In this document: piece by piece, positions 36,634-53,054 of the stretch
How positions within the stretch are numbered: position 1 is the stretch's first letter
Layout: each line of letters opens with the position of its first letter
Assembly (NCBI RefSeq): GCF_000143415.4
Contig: NW_003314299.1
Location: forward strand, 1,100,063-1,164,062
Source of the DNA: Selaginella moellendorffii
Taxonomy: Eukaryota; Plantae; Lycopodiophyta
Direction: 5' to 3'
Length of the DNA stretch: 64,000 nucleotides
Position numbers and translations under genes: made by a program
The notes under the pieces: model-generated
Told to the model about the DNA's origin: nothing
What the model saw: the letters and a program-made list of their open reading frames with translations, nothing else
Databases searched by the model: none

Positions 36634-36902
36634 TTCGCTTCTACCCTAGTGCTTGCATCTCCGCTCTGCCCTCTTCCCCCTTTCGCTGGACACCAAAAAC
36701 CCTATCTTGATCATAAATAGAGTACATCCAAAAACAGTACATATTCACACCTGTCACAACCTCAGCCGCTCAATCGGCTTATCTCCACGTGGCGCGATGG
36801 GAACCTTGGGATTTAACCGTTCTAGTCCGTTGGATGGAATTTTGAATTGACGAAGGGGATTGGTTCCAGGTAGGTGGGCATGTCTTCCAAAGAGCCCTAA
36901 GA

Positions 36903-37973
36903 ATGCTGGTGGCGGCGGATTTCTGGCGCGCTTCCGGTAAGATCGAGTGCTCGTCGATGCGCGTCACTGCGCTGCATTTCCCCGGGATTGCTGGATTCGC
37001 AAGCTTGCGCGGCATCGATCGCCGCAGGAGGCCAAGATTTTGCAGCAGGAGGCAAAGATTTTGTAGCGGAGCTGCGTCGATCGGGTGCATTCCAGGGCCA
37101 GGATTGAAAATCTGCGCGCTCGAGCAGGGCACGGAGGAATGGCTGGAAATTCGCAAGGATCGTCTCACGGCCAGCACATTTGCGAATGCGCTGGGGTTCT
37201 TCAAAGGCAAGAGGATCGAGCTGTGGGAAGAGAAGGTCGGGCTTAGAGGCGCTTTCAAAGGAAACCAGGCGACCAGATGGGGTGTGGAGAACGAATCCGC
37301 CGCGGTGGAGAGCTACAAGAGGATCACTGGCCATCTCGTGGATCACATTGGTTTTAAAATCTACAAGGAGGACGAAGAACAGCAAACACTCCGGGAAGAG
37401 AAAGGTGGTGGCGAGCAAGCTGAGAAGTTTAGCTGGCTTGGTGCTTCGCCGGATGGTCTCATCGAAGGCAACGAGTCCGACTTGTTCGAGAAGAAAGGAA
37501 TTCTCGAGGTGAAGTGTCCACACATGAGAGGGAGGAGAAACGCTGGAGTTCCATGGGCCAAAGTTCCTCACTACTACGTCCCCCAGCTCCAGGGGCTGCT
37601 GGAGATAATCGGGAGGGAATGGATGGATTTCTACGTATGGACCGGCAAAAGCAGTGCTTGCTTCCGGGTGACCAAGGATCCGGAGTACTGGACACTGATA
37701 CACGGGTTGCTCAGCGAGTTTTGGTGGGAGAATGTGATCCCGGCACGCGAGGCACAAGCAGCCGGAGAAACAAACTTGGATGCTTTCAAGCCTGGTGCTG
37801 AGCACCCAAAAACGGGGGCGGTGATCAAAAAGAGCAAAGAGCTGGGTATGTCGTATCCTTTGATATGGCGTGACGTTGGTGGCACTGTGCAACCCGTGCA
37901 GGCTGGACTTAACTTGACACTCTCCATCCTCTCGACCACCAAGGTGGAAAAAACTGCCAAGGAGGAAGCTTGA
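36903..37973 (+). CDS. YqaJ/lambda-exonuclease-like PD-(D/E)xK nuclease with a likely organellar transit peptide, intronless
   Basis: QGTEEWLEIRKDRLTAS, WGVENE, WLGASPDG, LEVKCP and YYVPQLQG. Confidence 0.9.
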   Translation: MLVAADFWRASGKIECSSMRVTALHFPGIAGFASLRGIDRRRRPRFCSRRQRFCSGAASIGCIPGPGLKICALEQGTEEWLEIRKDRLTASTFANALGFFKGKRIELWEEKVGLRGAFKGNQATRWGVENESAAVESYKRITGHLVDHIGFKIYKEDEEQQTLREEKGGGEQAEKFSWLGASPDGLIEGNESDLFEKKGILEVKCPHMRGRRNAGVPWAKVPHYYVPQLQGLLEIIGREWMDFYVWTGKSSACFRVTKDPEYWTLIHGLLSEFWWENVIPAREAQAAGETNLDAFKPGAEHPKTGAVIKKSKELGMSYPLIWRDVGGTVQPVQAGLNLTLSILSTTKVEKTAKEEA

Positions 37974-38660
37974 GCTGTGAGAGAGCCTTTCTTCTTTTGG
38001 GATACTCCAAGAGGTTTGTCACTGATCGTCCTCTTTCGGTTCTGACGACTTGTTCAAGCAGACTGGAAGGATCTAACGTCCTGAAGATCGTTTACACCAG
38101 ATCTAAGGTACTCATAAGCAAAGTAGAAGTTATGGAGCTGATGAAAAATTGCTTTGGTTCCCCGTGAGATGAACCAAAGCTTGAGGCTGCTGTTAGAAGA
38201 GCGATGCATCGCATCTAGACCTCTTTATATTGGTGCATCATAGGCAGTCTTCCTGGTTTCAGATAGAGATGACTCCGTGTACAAACTGTTTATGCTGTTG
38301 CTACGTCTTACTCCAAGCGTGAGCAGACAAAAACTGCCAGAGATGAACTTACATCAGATATTTGTTTTGTTTTTCTTTCGTCTAAACTTTTTTAGTGTGG
38401 GTCTTCTAAGCTTTAAAAGGCCTAAGCATTCTCTTGCATGACTTCATTGTGTGTTCTCATATGGACAAAGTTCGTGCCTTTGCTTGCTGTCAGTCGGTCT
38501 AGAATATTCCAAGGGACATATCCTTGGCTTGCCTCATGGGACGGACAGCTCTTTGCGTTCTTTAAGGGATGGATTGGAATGGCCTCTATCTAAACATTAT
38601 ATGTCTCCTCTTTTGTAGGCTCATTGCCATTGGAGCACAGTGAAGTTGTGAACCTGCACA

Positions 38661-40934
38661 ATGTATGTTCCACAGAAAGGCTACCTTCCCCAGCGCCAAT
38701 ATGCAGCACACAATAGTGATGTTGACGATGAAGAACAAGAAGAAGAGCAGGAGGAGTGCGATGAAGAAAAGCAAGATGAGGACGAAGTGACTCTGTGGCC
38801 TCAGAGCTACAGGTATGAAGTTAGGATTGTTAACATTGTTTCCAGATCCAAGTCTCCAGCAATGAGCAAATTCGCTCGAGAGAACTTCTCAATTTTGCTG
38901 TATGATTGATCTGCTGTTTTATGGCTGCAGGCAATCCATCGACGCTTATAGCTTCTTGACACCTCCAAAGCTCAGCATTCTTAGCCCCGCGAGCCTGACT
39001 CGATCGTTTTTATCCTCCTCGGCTGGCAAGCGGTCGTACTTGCAAGACGACGAAGAAAAGGATCTCAAAAGCCAACTCTTATCAGCGCAGGGACAAGATC
39101 AGGCAACTTCCACCGACACTACAACCTTGGTGGAAAGGAAACCTTCCATTGTTACGATCGCTCACGGATTTCCGAGAGAACCTCAAGATGAAGGCTGTGG
39201 CTTTACGCAGGCATTGCTGAATGGTACGTTTGTCTTTCATTTTCTTTAACTCTTTTTACATTTTCTGTTACAGGAATGAATGTTCTTGCTGGTGTTGGGA
39301 TCTTGACTACACCTTATGCAGTGAAACAAGGAGGCTGGATTGGATTGGTTCTACTTTTCTCACTAGCCGTCATTTGCTGCTACACCGGTATTATCTTGCG
39401 AAAATGTTTGGAAAGCAGGCCGGGGCTGAAAACATATCCAGACATTGGACAGGCAGCTTTTGGAAGCATTGGACGACTGATCATCTCGGTGAGCCACTCA
39501 ATCAAGTTCTCTTGAGTTCCAACGTTTTAATTTTTGTGTGTTTCACACTGGCCAGATTGTTTTGTACGTGGAACTCTACGTAAGTACACCCCGGAATGCA
39601 TTGGGATCTCTGACGTTAATCACGTTTTTGCTCACAGGCCTGCTGTGTCGAGTTTTTGATACTCGAAGGAGACAACCTCTCGGTATTATTTCCAGGAACA
39701 CAACTATCTTTGTTCGGGTATACGCTGGATTCACATAAGCTTTTTGCCATTCTTGCTGCGTTATTCATCCTTCCAACAGTCTGGCTACGAAATCTCCATC
39801 TTCTCTCTTATGTTTCAGGTAAGCGTGATCTTCTTGTCTTCAGGCAAGCATACTCTAAGCAATTTTCGTTCTCCAGCCGGTGGAGTTGTCGCGTCTCTTA
39901 TTGTTGTTTTCACGGTCTTCTGGGTTGGAGCAGTGGACGGAATAGGATTCCACGAAACTGGGAAGTTCATTGACATAGCTGGATTGCCAGTGTCGCTTGG
40001 TTTGTATGGATTTTGCTACTCCGGACACGCCGTTTTTCCAAACATATACACGTCCATGAAGAACAAAAGTCGATACAATCGCGTGCTAACCATCAGGTAT
40101 TCAATCTATACTCGCTTGTCTTCTTCTCTGACTGCCTCTCTTGCAGCTTCGTTTTGTGTGCTGGGCTTTTCGGTGCTGTGGCAGCCATGGGATACAAAAT
40201 GTTTGGCGATAAAACTCGGTCTCAGGTCACTCTCAACATGCCAAAGGAGTTTGTGGCTTCGAAGATTGCACTTTGGACGATCGTAAGCATTGCCGCGCTC
40301 TTTCTTTTCCTCTGAGTTACTCATGGTGCTTCGAATGTGCAGGTTATCAATCCTTTTACGAAGTATCCACTGCGTCATATCTTTTTACGTTTTATTTTTC
40401 TGGCTTAACTCGAAACAGATACGCACTGACGATCACTCCGGTAGCGCTTAGTCTTGAGGAGCTGTTGCCGATCAACAGCTCTCGCTTCCAGCAGCATCTA
40501 GCCTCCATTGTCATCCGTACCTTGCTAGTCGCCTCGACAGTTGTCGTTGCCATCTCGGTACCATTTTTCGGTAAACACAGCCTTTGATCGCTATAAGCGC
40601 CGATACGAAGTAACCGTGCAGGCTTTGTGATGGCGTTTATCGGATCTTTCCTTAGCATGGCAGTGGTAATGTTTCTTTTCCTCTTTTTGCTGTGGTAAAG
40701 CTTATGGTGCTTACGTCTCAGTCCTTAATTCTTCCTTGTGCGTGCTACATGAGAATCAGAGGCAGCAAACTAAGCTTGATGGAGGTAAGCTAAGTGTTTT
40801 TCTCAAGGCAAAAAGGCTTAAGCGTGCTTTTCCAGCTTACTCTTGGTATTGGTATAATGCTGGTTGGAATTGTTTGCGCTGTGGGAGGAACATTATCTTC
40901 CCTTGACGCCATCATCAAACAATTGAAGAACTAA
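38661..40934 (+). CDS. AVT1: Vacuolar amino acid transporter AVT1 family, multi-exon
   Basis: [56 protein letters not shown] and NPFTKYAL. Confidence 0.93.
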
Positions 40935-41493
40935 GTTACATCCTTTTAACGTTGCTCTCGGGCTTGATTCTCTTGAGAGATACTAATGCTCCACTCGCCA
41001 ATTATTAAAGATTGTGTAAGTTTTGTTCCATCGCGACAGTGAGCTTGCACGAGTCATCTCGAGCTTGCACGTTTGTTCTTGGTACGCTTCCCTTTGCAAG
41101 AAAATCTATGCTAATTGGCTTGTCTTTCCAGTTTTGCTTGGAAAGGTTCTCATAACGTATCAAGAGCTAAGATTGTAAGTTATCTACTTTCTACTTTACG
41201 AAAAAAATCCTTGTTTTCGTTTCACCTACGTCATTTCTAATTTTTTTTCTCAAAAAATATTTACATCACTTTTTCTCCTCCAATCCTCTTTTTTTTTTTG
41301 TTTTCGTTTTTCCTGATCTCTCTCACGCTAAAAGAATCTACCAGCCGCCCATGAGATTGCCTGGCGCTAACTTTTTTGAGTCCTCCAAAATCGAATCTCA
41401 CGATGAATCCTCCAAAAGAAAAAAGAAGCAAAGAAGAAAGAAAATGAAAAGAGTGCCTGACCTTCGCTCGCTCGCTTCGGGGGGGGGGCCGCG

Positions 41494-42966
41494 TTATTGC
41501 CTCCTTCCTCCTACAAAAGAATCGTTGATACTATGGTTGATTTTGTTGTTCTTGCCGATAGTAGTGTTGTTGGTGTTGCTGTAGCTATGGTTTTTGTTGG
41601 TCTTTTCTCTCGATGATCCCTCCATCGTTGCTAGTAGCATCATCCCATTCCTGCCGATCGAGCCATCGCCCAAGATCGCCCTCTTCTTCCCCTCTTCTTG
41701 TTCCTGCCGCTGCTGCTTTAGCCTCCACTCCTCCTCCACCGTCTTCTGGTCGTGGAAAGACAGCGATCCACACCCAAACCCCGTGCCTGGGAACGTCGCC
41801 TCCACCGGCAGCCTCGAGCACTTGAGGCACATAAAGTCGAGCGCGAACGTCTCCTCAAAGTCCCCATTCTCGAAGCATCCACCGCAGTTGTCACACCTGG
41901 GAACGCAGCTCAGGCAGCCCCGGCACTGCTGCTCCCCCGCGGACCACTTCTCGTGGCACTTGGTCCTCCAGCAGTCGTAAACCACCCGGAGAAGATCACA
42001 CCTCGGGCATGCTTCCACGTCCAGGACCCTGTCGCCGTAGCCCCTGTGCGTGAGCCTATAGTAGAGCGGCCAGCACTTGTCCGGGCAGAGCGCCTCGCGC
42101 AGCTCCTGGATGCGCTCCTTGGTGATGTCGTTCAAGCCCTCCACGCGCAGCCGCCGCAAGCGCTGGTATCCGGGCAGTGTGTGCCGCTGAGCCATCTTCA
42201 CGACACCCTCGATCGTCAATCCCTTGCAACAGGACACGTCCAACTGGAAAGAACAAGATCACCAACAAAGTGTGTAAGAAACGCAGAAAACAGAGAAAAC
42301 TTTGCTCACCTTTGTAAGCATGGTGTTGCCAGCGAGAACACTCTCCAGCGACGCATCCGTGATCCTCTGGCAGTTCGCGAGCTTGAGGCTCTGGAGGCGT
42401 CCCTGGGCTCGGAGCGCCAGGATCAGCAGCGCGGTGTCCGTGAGCTTCAAGTCCAGGGGCGGATCCAGCCTTAAGTTCTGCCAGTGTGGAGCCTCGCGCC
42501 TCACCATCTCCAGCAAAGGCTTGCAGACCATCTCCAGGGAAAGAAGCTCCTGGAGCCCGAGGTAGTGGATCACGTACCGGAAGGCCTCGTGTGGAGGGCC
42601 GGGAGATGGAAGAACCTCTCGCTCTTGTGCGCCCTGCTTGAGGATCTCCGCGGTGACCACCTCGGCTGGAAGTTGGCAGCAAATCGCTGGGTTGATCCCA
42701 AGCCAGTAGCAGTACCACTGGAGGACGGAGACGAAATCCCTCCCATCGCCACACCAGCCCAACTTCGTCCCATACGAGGAGAACTTCTCGGGCGGGCGCG
42801 AAGGAAATGGAGCAAAGTTGGCATACTCGAGACCGCCGCCATAGCTGTGATCGTAGTACGGTGGAGGAGGCTGCTGCCCGCTTGTGTCGAATTCCACCCA
42901 CGCGACATCGCCCCAGGAGTAACACGGTCGCTGGAACGCGAAGCCTTTGTCCAGAGATGACGCCAT
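41494..42966 (-). CDS. F-box protein SKIP14/SKIP28-like (2 exons)
   Basis: PHEAFRYV..LL..EMVCK F-box, LRR-like CQRITD and Cys-rich DVEACPRC..VYDC..CRGC..CVPRC..CGGC. Confidence 0.88.
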
Positions 42967-43499
42967 AGCCGCCTTAGGTCTCCAAAAGGGAGGAAAGGGA
43001 GGAGAGAGAAGAAAAAGGGAAATCTGGAGGGAATTGAGAGCTAGAGAGAGCGAGAATGAGACCCTTCCCCGCCGCGCACTGGAAACGCGCCGAAGAGCGA
43101 AACCCTAGGTTGGATCCGATGCGCCGGGCAGCAATACGCACCTCGATGGAACGGCCGCGCGGCGGGGAAGGCGTCAATCCGATCGGCGGGGGAGATTGGA
43201 GCGCGGCGCCAGTGGAACCGGCGGCGTAGCAGCAGCGAAGAACAAGAAGAGGGAGCGCGCAAACACGCAACGAGGGCGATCCACACGCACTGCCGGAGAA
43301 AAAGAATAAAATTATTAGGGCACTCTTGGTGACGTGGATGCCGTACGCTAAATGGGCAGTGCTTACTTCGCGAATCATTCAAGAAATGCTGGCGTGTTCT
43401 TTGGATCCCGATTGGGACGTATTCGAGCCGCAAGCCCTAATTTGCAAGCCCTAGATTTCAAAATCTTTTTTAAACTTCTGAGTTTGCGCGCGAAAGCTT

Positions 43500-44911
43500 T
43501 CACTTCGTCTGGAAGATGTTTTGGATCATCTTCTGGGGAGAATTCGCTGCTGCTGCTTCGATCTGGGCGATTTCGTCGCTGGAGAGCCGCCAGCCAAGCG
43601 CGCCCAGGTTCTCTCGTGCTTGATCCAGGGTCTTGACTCCGGGGATTGGGATCGTTCCCTTGCAAATGCACCAGTTGATGGCTACCTTTTGGACGAACGC
43701 AAAAGGCATAAGAAAGATCTCAGCAGTGGAATCGAATTTGATTACCTGTGACATTGTCTTCTTCCTTTTTCTCGCGATTTCTTCCAGGGCGTCCAGCAGC
43801 GGTGTAATTCCCGGCAAAACTCGAGAGAAGAGCAATCCCCTGCGCGTACGTGTTAACGTAATGGTGGATCAAAAGAGAATTTCTCAGATACCGCGGTCCC
43901 TGTGGAAAGATGGTTGACGACGCTTGGTATTTTCCCGTGAGCATTCCAAGTCCTAAAGGACTGTAAGCAATGACTTTGATTCCCAAGTCATCGCACACGG
44001 ATTTAACCTCCATTTGATCGGTCCCCATGCTTAGAAGAGAGAATTGGACCTGAAAATCAAACAAGAAGTTCCAAAGAAGAAAGGACTATCTAGACCTGGG
44101 CAGAGCTTAGAGGAACTCCTTGCTTTTCCAAATACTTGTGGATTTTTACCAGTTGCTTCGGTCCATAGTTACTTACACCCACGGCCTTCACAAGTCCCTG
44201 GCAGTAATTTTATCATGTTTTTTTCTTACCGTCGTAGCAAACTAACTTGGAGCATACCTCCTTGTAAATTTCCGCAAGGCCGGACCACAGTGCTTGTTCT
44301 TGGAATGGAGCATAATTTGCAGCTGACCAATGCAGCTGACCAATTCCAAGCTGTTCCAGTTGTAATCTTCGCAAAGATCCTCTGAAAACCAAAGAAAACA
44401 AACTTCCAAAATCACGTAAAAAGGAGAAAACTTACTTGCAAGCTTGAACCATTTGCCATGGTGTAACTCGCCATGGATAAGCTGCAAACTTGGTGGCAAT
44501 CACAATATCTTTTTGAGTGCCTGGGAAGAACAGAGTTTCATTGAGAGAAGCGCAAATGTGGATTAAGATCTTAAACCTTGTTGGAACTCCCGGATAAATT
44601 TGCCCAGAAGAATCTCGCTTCGCCCATTCAGTTTTCCTGTGCCATACGAATCCGCTGTGTCAAAGAAATTAACACCCTTGGAAGTTGCAAAGTTGAAGAG
44701 CTGCTGAAGCTCGTTGTCCATGGAGGGATTGTATCCCCACAGCAGTGTGTTACCCCATGCCCAAGTTCCCAATCCCATTGGAGAGACCTTTACAGGGCCA
44801 AGCTTCACCTTTGCCACAGAGAATCTCAGAATGGATTGATTTCTGGAATAATCTTCCAGTTACCTTGTCCCATGGCCAAAGTGCTGGCATGAATGGTAGT
44901 AGTGAAGACAT
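43500..44911 (-). CDS. PLR1: Pyridoxal reductase (aldo-keto reductase), multi-exon; 5' end uncertain
   Basis: [51 protein letters not shown] and C-terminal MIQNIFQTK. Confidence 0.88.
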
Positions 44912-45057
44912 AGATTCTTGAGGGAAGAAACTGTGAAATAAAAAAGACTTTAAAGGCTGCTTGGATAATTTAGAGGTTCTGTGAAACAAAGGTTATATAT
45001 CCAAATCTTGCTGTGCAGAATGAGATTTATTTTATCAAAATTGTGTGTGCAAAAGCC

Positions 45058-45939
45058 TTAATGAGACTTTGCAAAAGAATAATTAGTTCGTATTGTACAA
45101 AATCTGGTGCGCCAACACCTGAATAAAGAAGCCATAAGATGGATTTTATTCAGGAAAAAAACACTAGCATCCTTCACCCGTTCAACACCCCTCACTCTCG
45201 CACCGCTGGTAAACTTCCGCTTGCAGACGGAACATCTTAGGCGCTGTTGGTCATGCTCCTTGTTGTTAAAGTAATCAAATCTAGTCTCCTGGCCGCAAAA
45301 TATACACGGAACTAGCTTTTCAGTGTCTTGCTTAAACGCCATTGATCTCTTTCTCTTCAGGCTTTTCTCCAAACCGGGCTTGCCCAGCCCAATCGGCACC
45401 CTACAGTCACTCAAAATCTGAGCTTCACGAGGCCTTGGATTAGAAAAACTTGAGCTTTTGAGTGGCACAAGATCATGAAGAACTGCACTGGAAGATGAAG
45501 ATATGTGCATAAAATCATGTAAAACTGGCTGTGAAGTTGAAGATGTTATGTTCTTCCTGTGCATGCTTGAAACCTCCAAATCAGGCAGTGCCCTTAGTTG
45601 GCTGTTCATGTTTGCTATAAGAGCAAAACGATCCTCTTCATCCATTGCAGCAGCACCACCACTAGAACTTTCCTCTGTTTCATCTGATGACAATAACGAC
45701 GACTCCGGCGAGCCCCCAGATCCAGCAATGGCTTCCGGTTTAGCATCAAATCCTCCAGCTTCATCTATACCTAGCGCTTCATCGCGAGTTACGTTTCCTG
45801 TGATTACAGTTTTCACAATTATTGAATCCGTCTCCCTCCCCCTCAAAGATGTAATATGTTTGTGACAACTTTCGAGCGATGGGTGCCAGGTTTCCGTGAG
45901 AAGAATCACACCTCTGGCACCCCGATCATCTGGCCGCAT
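45058..45939 (-). CDS. Atypical Dof-like C4 zinc finger protein, copy 1
   Basis: CIFC-x20-CSVC with TRFDYFNN..Q.R and KFT.G..R, an upstream KRKR NLS and a paralog at 54390-54950. Confidence 0.7.
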   Translation of the reverse strand: MRPDDRGARGVILLTETWHPSLESCHKHITSLRGRETDSIIVKTVITGNVTRDEALGIDEAGGFDAKPEAIAGSGGSPESSLLSSDETEESSSGGAAAMDEEDRFALIANMNSQLRALPDLEVSSMHRKNITSSTSQPVLHDFMHISSSSSAVLHDLVPLKSSSFSNPRPREAQILSDCRVPIGLGKPGLEKSLKRKRSMAFKQDTEKLVPCIFCGQETRFDYFNNKEHDQQRLRCSVCKRKFTSGARVRGVERVKDASVFFLNKIHLMASLFRCWRTRFCTIRTNYSFAKSH

Positions 45940-46246
45940 CTCATCACCTATATAAACTTTTTGGAAACTTTTTGAGTGTAACTAGAAACCTTGGATTCAT
46001 AAGGTCCTAATTATAGTGAAAAAAAAGGAAACATAAGGCCATAAAACCTTTAGGCCAAAACCCAAAACCCTGAATTTTTTGTGTGTGTTTGTTCTTGTTC
46101 GTGTTCTTCGCTGCTTCGCCACTTTTTTTCGTCTTCCCCAAACCAGGTTTTGCTCTTGCAATCTCCATCACTCTAGTGAAACATAGCTGCTGCTCGATGC
46201 CCAGCCACCGGAACCAAAGCACCCCAACACAAAGGATCCCGCTTGT

Positions 46247-46854
46247 CTACTCGTCGACGACGTTGACAAGCTCGTACTCCACAGCGGATAGGTTGTTGTC
46301 TTCCTTGACTGTGAAACTCTCGTCGGCTGCTGGCTCCACCCTTCCCCATTTGTCCACCGCCAAGCGCATGGACCCCTTGAACATGTCGATCTTGGCGTTT
46401 CGGAGGTTTACTGTCACTCCTGGCTTCATTAGATCCACTGCAAAAAATCGAGAAAGAAACAAGGAGTTAGCAATCCAAAGAACTTGCAGACAGATGTAAG
46501 AACGAGACGATCCAAAGAACTTGTAAGAACGAAACTATCCAAAGAACTTGTAAGAATGAAACCATCGCACAAGAGCTAGATCCAATCCAAACAACTTGAG
46601 CGAAGCAAGAAAACCAAGCTGAAAGAACGAGTGAAAATACCTTGTTCGTTCCTGGCAGTGAAGATGATCACTCCAGTGTCATCACCGACGACACACTCCG
46701 CGATTCGGACCTGGCGAACGTTTTGGCCGTCGGGTCTCGCTTTCCTGAGCACCATTTTCGACGAGACCACCTTGACGACGAGCGTGTGCCCGGTGGTGCC
46801 CGGGCGGAGCTGGTCGACCTTGATAAACACGGGCTTTCGCAAGGAAGCGGCCAT
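46247..46854 (-). CDS. OB-fold nucleic acid-binding protein (At4g28440-like), 2 exons
   Basis: LRKPVFIKVDQLRPGT, IAECVVGDDTG and LRNAKIDMFKGSMRLAVDKWG. Confidence 0.92.
46472..46566. repeat. ~27-bp tandem repeat (ATCCAAAGAACTTGTAAGAACGAAACT) x3 in the OB-fold gene intron
   Basis: Three visible ATCCAAAGAACTTG units. Confidence 0.8.
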
Positions 46855-47699
46855 CTACACCACACTCGAGAGCAAAATTTCGCAAAGAACGGCGAATGCG
46901 GCGCTCAATCCTGGGGATCTAGCAGCGAATTTACCTGGACAGCGCCAAGAGATGGATCGATCACCGAGCGAGCGCCACGGACGAAGAAACCCTAACGCGC
47001 AAAATTTCCCTCTCGTGCGTGCCCTAAACGAAGCTTCGAAATGGATTATAAAAAGTGAAATCGGGCCGTTAACTTGCGTGGATTTACCCCTGACAAGGGT
47101 GAAAAAGGCCGTCCGAATATTCTAATCGTATAATTTTGTCATTTTCCCAGAGAGGTAGTGACGCATCAACATCGAAATCTTCTCTCCGTTTGGTAACAGG
47201 TACGTGTCCTTCTCTCTGGCGGCCCACTCCAAGAACCCTAAAAATCTCTGGCCCCATTGGGATGGTGGGAGAGGGGAGATTTTCACGGTAGCTCGCAATG
47301 CCACCAGCAGCGAGGGGGTCCACATGGAATTCGGGTAGAGATGCTCCCATCGATCGCTCGATCGGCATAAACAAAATGGAATGGAAGGTTGCTCGCTGTC
47401 TACTTCAAGAAGGTTAGGTTCTTGCGCGCCTCGCCCAGGGATATTTCTTGCCTTGAGCACGCAGATTTCCAGCGAGCAGCGCAGCGCCAGCGCCAGAGAG
47501 CCAATGCCGGCAGATTCTTAGCTTGCAAGGCCTCCTTGCGAGAGATTGCGGTCGATTCCAGGCGCCGGTAAGTGAATTGGCAGGGATTTCGGTTGTTCTT
47601 GGCGATATTTCGAGCGGATCTCACGATCTTTGGCAGCTGTCGGCGAGATTTGGGACCTGGAACACCGGCATCGAGAGAATCCCGCGATAATCCACCTCC

Positions 47700-48644
47700 A
47701 TGGCTCTGTTCCCGTCGCCAAATCCCAAGAACAAGCCGTCCTGGAAGCTCCTCCCGATTCTCATCCTCGTCGTCTTCTCCCTCGCCTTCTTACTCTTCCG
47801 CGACGCTAGCAATCCCTCGCAATCCCTCGCATCTTCTTCTTCTTCTTCTTCCTCCTCCTCTCCCTCCTCGCAGATCGTCCTCGTCCCCGTGAAGAACACA
47901 ATCTCGGTCCCAATGACGGTGGAGCGCCTCCCGCACGATCTCATGACCGCGCTCGTCCACTACGCCTCCACCGACACGACGCCACAGCAGACCCGCGAGG
48001 AGATCCTCATGACCGCCAAGGTCCTCGCCAGCCGCGGCCCTTGCAACTTCCTCGTCTTCGGGCTTGGCCACGATAGCCTCCTCTGGAAGATGCTCAACTA
48101 CGCCGGAAGAACAGTGTTCCTGGAGGAGTCCGAGGATTGGATCCGGCAGATCAGCGAGAAACATCCGGAGCTAGAGACCCATATCGTGGAGTACAGCACA
48201 GTTCTCACCGAGGCCGATCAGCTGCTAGAACACGCTCGATCCAATCGAAAGGGGAAGTGTACTGCCGTCCAGAATTTGCTACTCTCCGAGTGTAAGCTCG
48301 CGCTCAATGGGCTGGCGGACGAGCTCTTCCAGGTGGAGTGGGATGTGATCATGGTGGACGCGCCGCGCGGGTATTTCCCCGGCGCGCCCGGGAGGATGGC
48401 GGCGATCTTCAGCGCGGCGGTGATGGCGCGGAGCCGCAAGACTGGGAATGGGACGGATGTGTTCGTGCACGATGTGGAGCGCCCCGTGGAGCGCAGCTAC
48501 TCGGAGGAGTTTTTGTGCCGGGAGAATTTGGTGGAGGAATCGGTGACGAGCCATCTGTGGCATTTTAGGGTTCTTCCCAGCCCCGTGGGCAGGCACGAGT
48601 TTTGCGTTGCATCGTCTTCCTCGGGGGGATCTCCCGCCAATTGA
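47700..48644 (+). CDS. DUF579 polysaccharide O-methyltransferase (GXM/AGM/IRX15 family), intronless
   Basis: N-terminal TM anchor, PCNFLVFGLGHDS, WDVIMVDAP.GY..APGRM and DVFVHDV. Confidence 0.93.
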   Translation: MALFPSPNPKNKPSWKLLPILILVVFSLAFLLFRDASNPSQSLASSSSSSSSSSPSSQIVLVPVKNTISVPMTVERLPHDLMTALVHYASTDTTPQQTREEILMTAKVLASRGPCNFLVFGLGHDSLLWKMLNYAGRTVFLEESEDWIRQISEKHPELETHIVEYSTVLTEADQLLEHARSNRKGKCTAVQNLLLSECKLALNGLADELFQVEWDVIMVDAPRGYFPGAPGRMAAIFSAAVMARSRKTGNGTDVFVHDVERPVERSYSEEFLCRENLVEESVTSHLWHFRVLPSPVGRHEFCVASSSSGGSPAN

Positions 48645-48841
48645 GCTCGTGTGATCTTTCCTCCTTTCTAGAGAAATTTAGGGTTCTTCCAAAGGGCATT
48701 TCTCGATGCTATGATTTGTCGCATTTTTTTTATCAATCGTGCGCGCGTCTTCTCGACGAGAGAGCTAGATCTTCCTAGGACGAATCTTTCTTAAAGATAC
48801 CTTCTTCCCCTAGGACAATATTTTAGGGCTCTAGCGCGGCA

Positions 48842-52983
<4,142 letters not shown>

Positions 52984-53054
52984 AGCAAGGTTCGCTTTGT
53001 TCTGTAAACTAGATTTGTTTCTGACTCAATGTTTAGGGGTTTGCAGCTTCCACA

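Noticed and set aside
36897-37892. 331-aa ORF antisense to YqaJ
   Set aside because: No recognisable domain; the sense strand carries the conserved motifs.
42974-43378. ORF ending just before the F-box ATG as a conserved uORF
   Set aside because: Low-complexity leader sequence with no evidence of conservation.
46472-46566. Short repeats resembling a CRISPR array
   Set aside because: Eukaryotic intron with tandem units and no unique spacers or cas genes.
47084-47624. Several 70-110 aa ORFs between the OB-fold and DUF579 genes
   Set aside because: No motifs; better explained as a divergent promoter and 5' UTR with an intron.
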